DNA of 64,000 nucleotides. It comes from Candidatus Margulisiibacteriota bacterium (GTDB lineage: Bacteria; Margulisbacteria; WOR-1; O2-12-FULL-45-9). The notes beneath the pieces were generated by a model, which made no database searches, was not told the DNA's origin, and saw nothing but the letters and a program-made list of their open reading frames with translations. Below, in pieces: positions 39,769 to 48,401 of this stretch. Position 1 is the stretch's first letter. Every line of letters starts with the position of its first letter. Location of the stretch: NCBI GenBank assembly GCA_043816785.1, contig JBDRHP010000011.1, forward strand, positions 59,076 through 123,075, written 5' to 3'. Made by a program: the position numbers and the translations under genes.

Positions 39769-41535
39769 TTAAGCTTGCCAGATGAGGTCAACCAGGCGGT
39801 TGAGCAGAGGCCTGACCACACGTTCTCCGGTCCGGCCGTAGAAGAAATCTAGGTGATTAACCCCCTCCACCAGAAAGCCAGTGACCTGGCTGCTGGCGTC
39901 GCTAAGTGGGAGCTGGGCAGGGTCAAAACTTTGGTTTATATGATATACGCGTTTTTGGGTATGAGAATATTCTGGAAAAGAGGCCAGCTGTGATACGCCG
40001 GGCGTTACGTAGCGCCGGTCAATAAAGCCCATATTAAAGGCTGGGGCCAGTGGGTCAGCTGGCGCTGCAATATGAAAGATGGGGATGTCAGGCGGAATTT
40101 CGTCCAGATGGGCGGAATAATTAAATCTGTCTTGGCCCATCCGGCGCACACCTTTGCCCGAATAAACAGCTTTTAAGAGCTGGAGCCCCACGCCCAGGGG
40201 GAAACTATCCGTGCCCTCTTCAGCTAATTGGGTCAAAAAAGCTTTAGGGTCGTCAAAGTTTTTTGGGTTGATGAGCAGGTGAAGCGCTAGCGACAGACGA
40301 GGCATAAGTTTTAATAGTAACTTGGCCTTATCAACTGGCACCGCGTCTTCGCCGATGATAGGCAATAGAATATTCAGCATCAGGAGCAAAGGGTAGATCG
40401 GGTGTTCGTTCCTGTCAAAGATCTTAGGTGAGCCAAGAGTAATCAGCCCTTTGACAGCATTAAGGATCTCTAAATTGCCTCGAGCCTCGTCGATCAAGGC
40501 CCTGATCTCGTGGTCAGTTTTGCGTTCATTGCCAAGCCTTGCTTCGACCGCCTCTAGCATCCCAGTAATCTCTACTCTTGTTTTTCCTTTAGTCACAAAA
40601 GTTGGATCTGCGATCATCTTGCTGATCTGTTGCGCCAGCTGGTTTAGTTTATATGCCTGACGCACCAGCATGAACTCGGCCACCATTCCGCCCATGCTAT
40701 GGCCGATCAGGACCACCGGCTTATGAGGAGTAGGCCGGTTAGCAATAAATTCAACTGTTGCCGGCAGATCATTGCTGACCAGCGTGTCAAGAAAACAATG
40801 CGGGTCAAAATCCCCTTTGTTCCGTCCCAAACCGCGCGGGTCAAAGAGATAAACCCAGCGCCCTTGATCCGCGTGTTCCAGCGCCAGTGATGTCTCATTG
40901 TTTAGGTCATAAAATCCATGGTTACAAGCTAAACCAGGAATAAAGAGCACTGAGGGGCTCTGGTCTTTGGTCTTAACCCTGTCTTGGTTAACAATACGGG
41001 TAAGGCTCAGTGTCCTGGCGTCCCGTGTCAGGATATGATACTCGCGGTCAATGTAATTGCCCCGGTCTAAAACCCTAAAGCTGCTGCCAAAGAACCCGCG
41101 GGCTTGAGCCGCAAAGACATATTCGCGCAGCAGATAATGTTTTTTGGCTTCCCCTAAGAATAGATCTTTTTTATCAGCAGGGATGCCGATGAGTTCCAAC
41201 AGGTTGTCGATCCGGCGCGGATTAATAAAGATGGCTTCGCCAAAATTTTCAAAATAGCCCATTTCCTGCCCTTGGAGAATTATTTCATTCATGCGCTGGT
41301 TGCCGGATTCTTGGCCGCTGGTTTCCTTAACAACATGTTGCAGCGTCGGGCTAAAGCGCAGGGCGGTTTGGGCTTCGATCTGCTCGGGTGGAACCACAAA
41401 TGATCTTGGCCGGCGCTGGGAAAGCTTTTGCATGCTCTGCCGGCGGGCGGCGCTGGTAAGATCATAGACCAGGTTGCCGTAGCGGGCCGCGCCGCGTAAG
41501 ACCAGGGATTTTAAATTGTTGCGTATGGCCGGCAT
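39769..41535 (-). CDS. Alpha/beta hydrolase with long N-terminal extension
   Basis: FIPGL, DPRGLG, GHSMGG nucleophile elbow, DPLAP, NHLD. Confidence 0.8.
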   Translation of the reverse strand: MPAIRNNLKSLVLRGAARYGNLVYDLTSAARRQSMQKLSQRRPRSFVVPPEQIEAQTALRFSPTLQHVVKETSGQESGNQRMNEIILQGQEMGYFENFGEAIFINPRRIDNLLELIGIPADKKDLFLGEAKKHYLLREYVFAAQARGFFGSSFRVLDRGNYIDREYHILTRDARTLSLTRIVNQDRVKTKDQSPSVLFIPGLACNHGFYDLNNETSLALEHADQGRWVYLFDPRGLGRNKGDFDPHCFLDTLVSNDLPATVEFIANRPTPHKPVVLIGHSMGGMVAEFMLVRQAYKLNQLAQQISKMIADPTFVTKGKTRVEITGMLEAVEARLGNERKTDHEIRALIDEARGNLEILNAVKGLITLGSPKIFDRNEHPIYPLLLMLNILLPIIGEDAVPVDKAKLLLKLMPRLSLALHLLINPKNFDDPKAFLTQLAEEGTDSFPLGVGLQLLKAVYSGKGVRRMGQDRFNYSAHLDEIPPDIPIFHIAAPADPLAPAFNMGFIDRRYVTPGVSQLASFPEYSHTQKRVYHINQSFDPAQLPLSDASSQVTGFLVEGVNHLDFFYGRTGERVVRPLLNRLVDLIWQA

Positions 41536-41543
41536 CAATATTT

Positions 41544-41571
41544 ACTCGGAAGAAGCCAAAAGAAATTTCAC
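41544..41571 (-). promoter_or_regulatory. Shared alternative-sigma promoter motif, copy 4
   Basis: GTGAAATTT..CGAGT (TGAAAT-N16-CGA), 10 nt before ATG. Confidence 0.65.
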
Positions 41572-41596
41572 AAATAAGTGTGATATAATTGCTTTC

Positions 41597-42622
41597 ATGG
41601 AGCGCTTCCTCAAGAGCCGCTACAAGATCGGCGAAAAGATCTCAGAAAACCCCTTCAGTGTGACCTACCAGGGGGCTTTCCTTGGCAGTAACAAGCCGGT
41701 AATTATTAAAATATACAAACGCGGCACTCTGAATTCCCTGCTGATTAACCGCATGAAACAAAAAGTCAAAGAACTTTCTCTGCTTAGCCATCACGGCATT
41801 GTTAAATTGGTTGACGGTGATTATGGCTGGCAGGGCTTCTACTATGTTAGAGAGTTTGTTAACGGGCAGAGTTTGCAGCAATTGTTAGACAGCGGCCAGG
41901 AATTTGGAGTAGAAAAAGCGCTCACGATTGTGGAAGAAGTCTGCCGGGCGCTCGAGCCGGTTCACGCTAAGGGTATCGTTCACGGCGCGCTCAAACCTAG
42001 TAATATTTTTCTTAACGGGCAAGGGGTGGTCAAGGTCGCAGACTTTGTTATTGAGGGAGAGATAAAGGAGGCCCAGCCGCAAAAGGCCCTGGCTATTATG
42101 GATGACGGCAGGTATGCCTCTCCAGAGGAAATAGCCGGACGGCCAGCATCCGCTTCCTCAGATATCTATGCCTTAGGCTTGATCCTGCTTGAACTGCTGA
42201 CGGGAAAAGCTTTTCTAACAGAAAAAGGCTTGTCCGCCAGCCTAAGAAAACTCAAAGGTGCGCCGCTCCCTGATCGGGAAAAGCTTGAGTTGCTGCCGCG
42301 CTATCTTCAGGACATCATTGGCAAAGCGATGCAAACGGATCCCCTGTGTCGGTTTCATTCGATCAATGAACTTCTTCAGAGCCTGGAAAATAAAAATCTG
42401 GCGGCTAGATCGGCGCCGAATGAGGAATTAGCTACGATCTTTGAGAACACGGTCACTCAGTATGGCGCTGAGGATGTAACTAAAGAGAGTGAAGCCATAA
42501 GCGACCTGAGCAGGGTCAATATCCGCTGGGGCAAGGAGAAGCATCGCAACTGGATCCTGGCGGTGGTGCTGATGGCGGCGCTTATGTCCGGGCTGGTCTA
42601 TGCTTTTTTATTTGGTAGATAA
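41597..42622 (+). CDS. Hanks-type Ser/Thr kinase-like protein, probable pseudokinase, with C-terminal TM
   Basis: IIKI, HGALKPSNI (catalytic Asp absent), DFV, YASPEE, SDIYALG. Confidence 0.85.
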   Translation: MERFLKSRYKIGEKISENPFSVTYQGAFLGSNKPVIIKIYKRGTLNSLLINRMKQKVKELSLLSHHGIVKLVDGDYGWQGFYYVREFVNGQSLQQLLDSGQEFGVEKALTIVEEVCRALEPVHAKGIVHGALKPSNIFLNGQGVVKVADFVIEGEIKEAQPQKALAIMDDGRYASPEEIAGRPASASSDIYALGLILLELLTGKAFLTEKGLSASLRKLKGAPLPDREKLELLPRYLQDIIGKAMQTDPLCRFHSINELLQSLENKNLAARSAPNEELATIFENTVTQYGAEDVTKESEAISDLSRVNIRWGKEKHRNWILAVVLMAALMSGLVYAFLFGR

Positions 42623-42624
42623 TT

Positions 42625-43314
42625 ATGCTTATTGAATATTTAAGTTTCTATTTAATATTTGTTATTGTTGCCTCTATCCTGGTCAGCTTTGTCGTGCTGC
42701 GCTTTAAATTTCCCGCGCCGCAGATTGTAATTCCAGTGGTTATGAGCATAATTATTTTACCAGCCGTATTTGTTTACCTTTATATAACCTACTTTACCTC
42801 TTTGCCTGAGGTTTATGTGCCTGATTTAAAGGGAATGCCCTTGGAAGAGGCCTTTATTAAATTGGAGGCCTTAAAATTGAAGAGCCGACATGCCGGCAGT
42901 GTCTATGATATGAAGTATCCGGAAGGCAGGGTTGTTTCCCAGCGTCCGGAAAGCAGCCGCAAGGTCAAGGTGGGCCGGACGGTTTATTTATTAACCAGCT
43001 CAGGCAAAAGAATGGTTTTGGTGCCCAATCTTTTGGGACGGCCGTTAGGGCAAGCTAAGGCGGTCTTGTCAGCCAAAGGTTTGTTTTTGGGTCAGGTAAC
43101 CGAAGATGTTGTGGCAGAGCTGGAGTCAGGGATGATCCTTACGCAACTACCGCTGCCAGGGGAAGAGGTGGAGGCCGGGTCATACATTAATATATCGATT
43201 TCCGGCAGCCCTGAGTCTGGGATGGAAGTTGTGGAGGAAGAAGTAGCAGGAGAGAAGAAAGACGAATCTCCTCGAAAAGACTCGGAGCAAGGAGGATTTT
43301 GGCCATGGTGGTAA
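42625..43314 (+). CDS. Membrane protein with two PASTA domains
   Basis: Two TM helices, VPDLKG..VVSQRP and VPNLLG..ILTQLP repeats. Confidence 0.88.
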   Translation: MLIEYLSFYLIFVIVASILVSFVVLRFKFPAPQIVIPVVMSIIILPAVFVYLYITYFTSLPEVYVPDLKGMPLEEAFIKLEALKLKSRHAGSVYDMKYPEGRVVSQRPESSRKVKVGRTVYLLTSSGKRMVLVPNLLGRPLGQAKAVLSAKGLFLGQVTEDVVAELESGMILTQLPLPGEEVEAGSYINISISGSPESGMEVVEEEVAGEKKDESPRKDSEQGGFWPWW

Positions 43315-43955
43315 AAATTGCCCCATCAATTCTTTCAGCTGACTTTAGAATACTGGAATCTGAGATCAAAAAAGTTGAGAAAGCAGGAGCGGATCTTATT
43401 CATGTCGATGTGATGGATGGCCACTTTGTGCCGAATATAACGGTTGGACCATTAGTTGTTAAGGCGGCCAGAAAATGCACCAAGCTGCCGCTTGACGTGC
43501 ACCTGATGATCGAAAACCCGGACCGCTATATTCCTGACTTTGCCAAAGCCGGAGCGGACATTATTATGGTCCAGGTTGAGGCTTCAAAGAATCTAGCCGA
43601 AGACATTGAGCTCATTAATCAAAATAACGTTAAGCCCGGTGTTGTGGTCAATCCAGAAACACCAGTAGAAACTGTTTTCCCTGTTTTAGATAAGGTGGCA
43701 ATGGTTTTGTTGATGGCGGTTAATCCTGGTTTTGAAGGGCAAAAATTCATGCCAGAAGTTTTGCCAAAAATTAAGAAGCTGCGTTCAGAAATTACCAGGC
43801 GAAAATTAAAGGTTGATATTCAGGTTGATGGCGGCATCAATCTGGAAACCGCGCCCCAGGCAGTGAAAGCTGGGGCCAATGTGTTAGTGGCTGGTTCAGC
43901 CATTTTTTATGCCAAGGATTACCAGGCGGTTATAAAAAAACTTAAGTCTTTTTAA
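43305..43955 (+). CDS. rpe: Ribulose-phosphate 3-epimerase
   Basis: IAPSILSADF, HVDVMDGHFVPN, DVHLMI, VDGGIN. Confidence 0.96.
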   Translation: MVVKIAPSILSADFRILESEIKKVEKAGADLIHVDVMDGHFVPNITVGPLVVKAARKCTKLPLDVHLMIENPDRYIPDFAKAGADIIMVQVEASKNLAEDIELINQNNVKPGVVVNPETPVETVFPVLDKVAMVLLMAVNPGFEGQKFMPEVLPKIKKLRSEITRRKLKVDIQVDGGINLETAPQAVKAGANVLVAGSAIFYAKDYQAVIKKLKSF

Positions 43956-43983
43956 TTTCGAAACCCCAATATTTTTGTTTTTA

Positions 43984-44011
43984 CTGAAATTTCCCCATTG
44001 ATGTGTCGAAA
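43984..44011 (+). promoter_or_regulatory. Shared alternative-sigma promoter motif, copy 5
   Basis: CTGAAATTT..CGAAA (TGAAAT-N16-CGA). Confidence 0.7.
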
Positions 44012-44034
44012 ATTATAGTGGAAAGGAATATCCA

Positions 44035-44985
44035 ATGAAAATGTATCAGCGAGCCGGAATAATGAGGCCAGCAATGGAGCTGCGCCGTTTTAGAGGCTGC
44101 ATGCTGGGCGCAGCAGTTGGCGATGCCTTGGGTGCGCCGCTTGAGGCCATGTCTCGTCGCCAAATCCAAGATACTTTTAACGGCACGGTTAACAGATATG
44201 TTTCATCTGCCAGACATCCTCGATTATCCCTTGGCCAATGGACAGATGATACGGCTTTGTCCCTAGCGACAGGAGAGATCTTGATTTCAAAGGGCGAGGT
44301 AAACATTAACGAAATTGGGTTTGCCATGCGCATGGCGTTTACATTGGAATCTTTTCGCGGTTACGGCCTGACAACAAGGAAGGCTTTTAATGATACTAAT
44401 CACAAGGGGAGGGGGATCCGCCCTTCTAATGGCGCGGCAATGAGGATTGCGCCAGTGGCTTTATTCTCCTGCCATGATCTTGACAGCCTGGCCTCAAATG
44501 TGATCAATGTTAGCCGGATCACTCACCCCCATCCTGACTCAATAGACGGGGCCCTGGCAGTGGCTTTTGCAGTTGCCACAGCTGCCCGTGGAGAGCTGGA
44601 AACAAATGGATTGATTGAGCAAACGATTGAATTTCTCGGGCCTCAGTCGGAAATGGGCTATAAGCTGCGGGAAGTTGATGATCTGCTTCAGGCTGATATT
44701 AGTACTAGTCATGGATTGGAGCATATTGGGACTCGCGGGTATGCCCTGGAAACAGTTGGCAGCGCCTTTTTTGCTTTTCTAAAATCGCCGGAAAGTTTTT
44801 ATAACTCGATTGTTGAGGTAATTAATGCAGGCGGGGATACTGATACTATTGGCTCAATAACTGGAGCAATTAGTGGCACTTTTAATGGAGTGGAGGCTAT
44901 CCCAAGAAAATGGCTTAGTAATCTTGAACAAAGAAATGTGATTGATGAGGTGAGTCAGAGATTATTTCGGGTTGTTACCGCTTAG
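44035..44985 (+). CDS. ADP-ribosylglycohydrolase (DraG/ARH family)
   Basis: GAAVGDALG, WTDDT, SNGAAMRIAP, ITH, GGDTDT. Confidence 0.92.
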   Translation: MKMYQRAGIMRPAMELRRFRGCMLGAAVGDALGAPLEAMSRRQIQDTFNGTVNRYVSSARHPRLSLGQWTDDTALSLATGEILISKGEVNINEIGFAMRMAFTLESFRGYGLTTRKAFNDTNHKGRGIRPSNGAAMRIAPVALFSCHDLDSLASNVINVSRITHPHPDSIDGALAVAFAVATAARGELETNGLIEQTIEFLGPQSEMGYKLREVDDLLQADISTSHGLEHIGTRGYALETVGSAFFAFLKSPESFYNSIVEVINAGGDTDTIGSITGAISGTFNGVEAIPRKWLSNLEQRNVIDEVSQRLFRVVTA

Positions 44986-46478
44986 GCTGCCTCTCCAATG
45001 TGATTTTCGCCTGAATACCTCACGCTGATCCGCGGGTCTGCAAGACTGATCCCTTCTTCTAAGAAGAATTCGATGCCAGTTTGCTGAATTCTTGCTGCTA
45101 ATTTTGGATCCAGAATATCAAACGCAACAACATGGGTTGTGCGGTCCGCGTATTCTGGATTACGGATAAAGATGGTTTCCCAGGCTTCTTGGGGAGCCAG
45201 GGAAAGACCAGTCAGGTAAACCCCCTCTCGAACTGTGCCATTTTTGCTATGAGGACGAGCCCCAATTAATCCGCGGCGAATGATTTTTTCGAAGTTGCTC
45301 TGACTGGTGTAATGCTTGTAGAAACCAGGAATAAATTCTTGCTCAGTTTCAGCCAGAGAGATCTCTGTTATTTGCTCGATCGCACCCACAGACGCAAGGT
45401 TGCCTCTGATGGCCGGTGAAATCATGCCTGACCCAGCCTCTTCCAGCAATATCCTTAGTTGGTCAAGCTCAGTTTTGTTGGGGAATTCTTTTAGCGTCAG
45501 TTCGCGTATCCCGGCCCTTAAAAAGCTGCGGGCGATGAATCTACCGTCGTAATATTCGTTTTCCTCAATTCCATTAGAAAAGATCAGGGAGTCTTCAGTG
45601 AATTTTAATTCTACTTTTAAAATGGCTTGCCGGATCTTAGTTAGTAGGGAAGGAATAAAACGGTTAAGCCGGCGCATTTCATTGCTCAGCTGCGGGCTTT
45701 CTTGAGCGGCAGGCACATGATTATCTGACTGGACTGATCCGGCTAATCTGTCGGAAATAATGTTGGCAAGAATATTTACTACACTTCGGGCATTGGCTCT
45801 TAATCCCGGGATCGATTCAATATCTGCCTGGGATATCCTGGCGTGCAGATTAAACATGTCGTTAATGCTGAAGCCTTCCGGGAGATCGCTGCCGAATTCT
45901 TCGCTTATCCTTTGCATTATATCGTTCTCAGTAAGCTCCCTGCTTGAATAACCTTTGGCTAGCGTTCCCAGGACTTCATGGGTGCGAATGAGCAAACAAA
46001 CAAAATCGATTTCCCCTTGATCCATTCTACCAACCCCAGAAAGTGCGGGGTCGCTGAGAATGTCCCTGGCGATTACAGATGATCTTAGAGCATGATCTGA
46101 GGCCATGGGCCCATCAACCTTGCCAACATCATGGTAGAGCATGGAGATGCGAACAAGTTCGGAAAGTGGCCTTTGGGAGCAGGGCAGGCTCAAGCCAGCA
46201 CGAGTTACGATTCCGTCGGTTGAAAGCAGTTTTAGAGCGTTATAAGTATGGTGTAAAGGATCGAAGCCTCTGTGCATCTCATGTTGCGGTAGATTTTCAA
46301 GTCTCAGTAGGGGATTATCTGCTGGGATTAATGAGCGAAAAGCATCATATGAATTGAGCTGGTTACGAAAGAGTCTGTCCAAGGAATTGTGAAAGAGCTG
46401 CTGGAAACTAGCTCTAGCAGGGTTAGCCCTTCTGGTTTGATTTGTTGGCCTAGATATTTCTACTGGTCTGATACTCAT
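44982..46478 (-). CDS. HD-domain protein with C-terminal putative HYD1-type ADP-ribosyltransferase domain
   Basis: HHT..YHDVGK..DH..S (HD); C-terminal KHYTS..IIRRGLI..GVYLT.L..P. Confidence 0.6.
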   Translation of the reverse strand: MSIRPVEISRPTNQTRRANPARASFQQLFHNSLDRLFRNQLNSYDAFRSLIPADNPLLRLENLPQHEMHRGFDPLHHTYNALKLLSTDGIVTRAGLSLPCSQRPLSELVRISMLYHDVGKVDGPMASDHALRSSVIARDILSDPALSGVGRMDQGEIDFVCLLIRTHEVLGTLAKGYSSRELTENDIMQRISEEFGSDLPEGFSINDMFNLHARISQADIESIPGLRANARSVVNILANIISDRLAGSVQSDNHVPAAQESPQLSNEMRRLNRFIPSLLTKIRQAILKVELKFTEDSLIFSNGIEENEYYDGRFIARSFLRAGIRELTLKEFPNKTELDQLRILLEEAGSGMISPAIRGNLASVGAIEQITEISLAETEQEFIPGFYKHYTSQSNFEKIIRRGLIGARPHSKNGTVREGVYLTGLSLAPQEAWETIFIRNPEYADRTTHVVAFDILDPKLAARIQQTGIEFFLEEGISLADPRISVRYSGENHIGEAA

Positions 46479-46499
46479 AGGTATTCCACCGTATATATA

Positions 46500-46527
46500 T
46501 ATCGTAAGAAAGTGCCAAAAATTTCAG
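46500..46527 (-). promoter_or_regulatory. Shared alternative-sigma promoter motif, copy 6
   Basis: CTGAAATTT..CGATA (TGAAAT-N16-CGA). Confidence 0.7.
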
Positions 46528-46528
46528 C

Positions 46529-48351
46529 TATACGGGAAAATAGTATAATATTCTTAGGTGGGTTCTGGGGATGGGGTGGTTGGGATAAATTTGAAGGAGG
46601 TGATGAAATATATGGTTGAAAATCAGAGATTTGGGATTGAGGGGAGGCAGCGCTAGTAAAAACAGGCCACAGAAATACACACTATTACATTTTTTCTGGT
46701 CGGCCTAAGGTCTAGATACCCCCCTTTGCAAGGGTATCATGGACCTCCGATAAAATTCAAGGAGGTAGCTAAAATGCAAGATGTAAAAGAATTAAATGAA
46801 ATGTTGGTGCCGATTGATGTATCAAAATATTTTCACAAGGCCACAATTGTCGGACCCAGAGGAGAGATTCTGGAGGATCCGTTTGAGATTGATATCTACC
46901 AAGAAGGTTTGCAAAAACTTTTGGAAAAACTCAAGCAAAACAGAAACGGTTCAAAGTCAAAAGTTATCTTCGCCATGGAACCAACCAGTTATTACCACGA
47001 GTTGCTTATGGAACAACTTGGTAAGCTGGGGCATGAGATTCAATTGATCAATCCCAATGCCACGGCTAGAGTTCGGGAACTGGATTATGATCATATTAAA
47101 ACAGATGATATTGACTTGAAAGTCTTACAAAGAGCAGTTGAGTTAGGTAAAGGTCGGATGGTTGAACCAAAAGACAAAGATATTCAAAGGCTAAGGCTCA
47201 TCACCAGACAAAGACTGAGAAGAGGCAAATTCATTAAGCGGCTAAAAACTCAAATTCACTATCATTTGGATGCTCTCTGGCCAGGTTTTGTTAATCGCTA
47301 TGATAGAAAGAAGGGGTTAGTGCGAAACATCTGGGAGTCCAAAATGGCCTGGGCAATCATGCAGGTCTGTCCTAATCCTAAAAAGATAGCTAAAATGGCT
47401 CCCAAACAGTTAATTGAGCTTTTCCGTCGACACAAGGTGTCTGGAATTGGCCCAATCAGGGCAAAGAAGACAATTGCCCATGCTCAATCAGCTGTCCACA
47501 GGGCTTGCTATCTCCCAGAGATTAGAAACAATCTGAGACAAGATTTGCAACTACTTCATCACCTTAACACCATTGTTTCTGATCTGGAAAACAAAGCTAT
47601 CAAGGCAATGCCATACGAAGCAGCACTGATCAATTCAATCAAAGGGATTTCCCCTTTCTTTGCCACAGCCTTTATTGCTGAAGTTGAAAGCATTACTAAG
47701 TTTGCCACCCCTAAACAGCTGATCAAATACACTGGTTTAAGTATTTCCATTAAGAAAAGCGGCATGTATCAAAGCAGGAACAATCATTTCAATAAAATCG
47801 GAAATCGCCACTTACGTTTCATTGTTATGATGATGGCTCGATCTGTGGCTAGATGCCATCCAGACTTCCAGCTATGGTTTGAGCGATTTAAAAAGCGCGG
47901 AATGAAAGATCGCTTGGCCATTGGTTGTGTAGCAACAAAGCTACTAAAGACTATCCATAATATGTTAACCAAAAGAGTTGAATACAGCTCAAAAGAATTT
48001 AACAAAAAAAAGTAAATCAGACTTAAAATTTTTAAGTTAAAGGATGGGATAGGTTCAAGATGAGGGGAGCTCGAAAAATTTCGCGGGGCAGCGTTGTCCG
48101 CCTACGGCGGATAACCGAAGACCTCGTAGTGTTTGTCTGGGCCCCCTCTTTTTACCTTTTTGAACACGAACAAAATTGTGTGGGGCGTTGACCTCGAATG
48201 AAGCTGAATGTGTCTGGTAAGTTGGGGCAGATCATCAAGAATTGAAAAAGTTCTTTGACTTTCAATACTGGATTAAAAATGCTTTTTGGAGCAGACAGGG
48301 TTGGTGTAAGCAAAAGAAGATTTGAGTTTCTTCCTATAATTGACACATTAT
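46529..48351 (+). mobile_element. IS110-family element (boundaries inferred)
   Basis: Transposase with long structured non-coding ends; TATAAT near left end (46544) and outward TTGACA near right end (48340). Confidence 0.65.
46774..48015 (+). CDS. IS110-family DEDD transposase/recombinase
   Basis: IDVSK, MEPT, KTDDID, SIKGI HhH, KSG, K.GNRHLR; AAGGAGGT RBS before ATG 46774. Confidence 0.92.
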   Translation: MQDVKELNEMLVPIDVSKYFHKATIVGPRGEILEDPFEIDIYQEGLQKLLEKLKQNRNGSKSKVIFAMEPTSYYHELLMEQLGKLGHEIQLINPNATARVRELDYDHIKTDDIDLKVLQRAVELGKGRMVEPKDKDIQRLRLITRQRLRRGKFIKRLKTQIHYHLDALWPGFVNRYDRKKGLVRNIWESKMAWAIMQVCPNPKKIAKMAPKQLIELFRRHKVSGIGPIRAKKTIAHAQSAVHRACYLPEIRNNLRQDLQLLHHLNTIVSDLENKAIKAMPYEAALINSIKGISPFFATAFIAEVESITKFATPKQLIKYTGLSISIKKSGMYQSRNNHFNKIGNRHLRFIVMMMARSVARCHPDFQLWFERFKKRGMKDRLAIGCVATKLLKTIHNMLTKRVEYSSKEFNKKK

Positions 48352-48363
48352 TAGATATTATTT

Positions 48364-48391
48364 CTGAAATTTCTGGCAATGTTGTGCGAAA
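48364..48391 (+). promoter_or_regulatory. Shared alternative-sigma promoter motif, copy 7
   Basis: CTGAAATTT..CGAAA (TGAAAT-N16-CGA), 12 nt before ATG 48402. Confidence 0.65.
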
Positions 48392-48401
48392 AAGAACTGG
48401 T

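Noticed and set aside
46389..46619. 76-aa ORF and 48152-48442 ORF at the IS110 ends
   Set aside because: They straddle element boundaries and neighbouring genes; no coding support.
48255..48401. N-terminal 49 codons of the 887-aa ORF
   Set aside because: They run through the inferred IS110 right end and the promoter motif; ATG 48402 is the better start.
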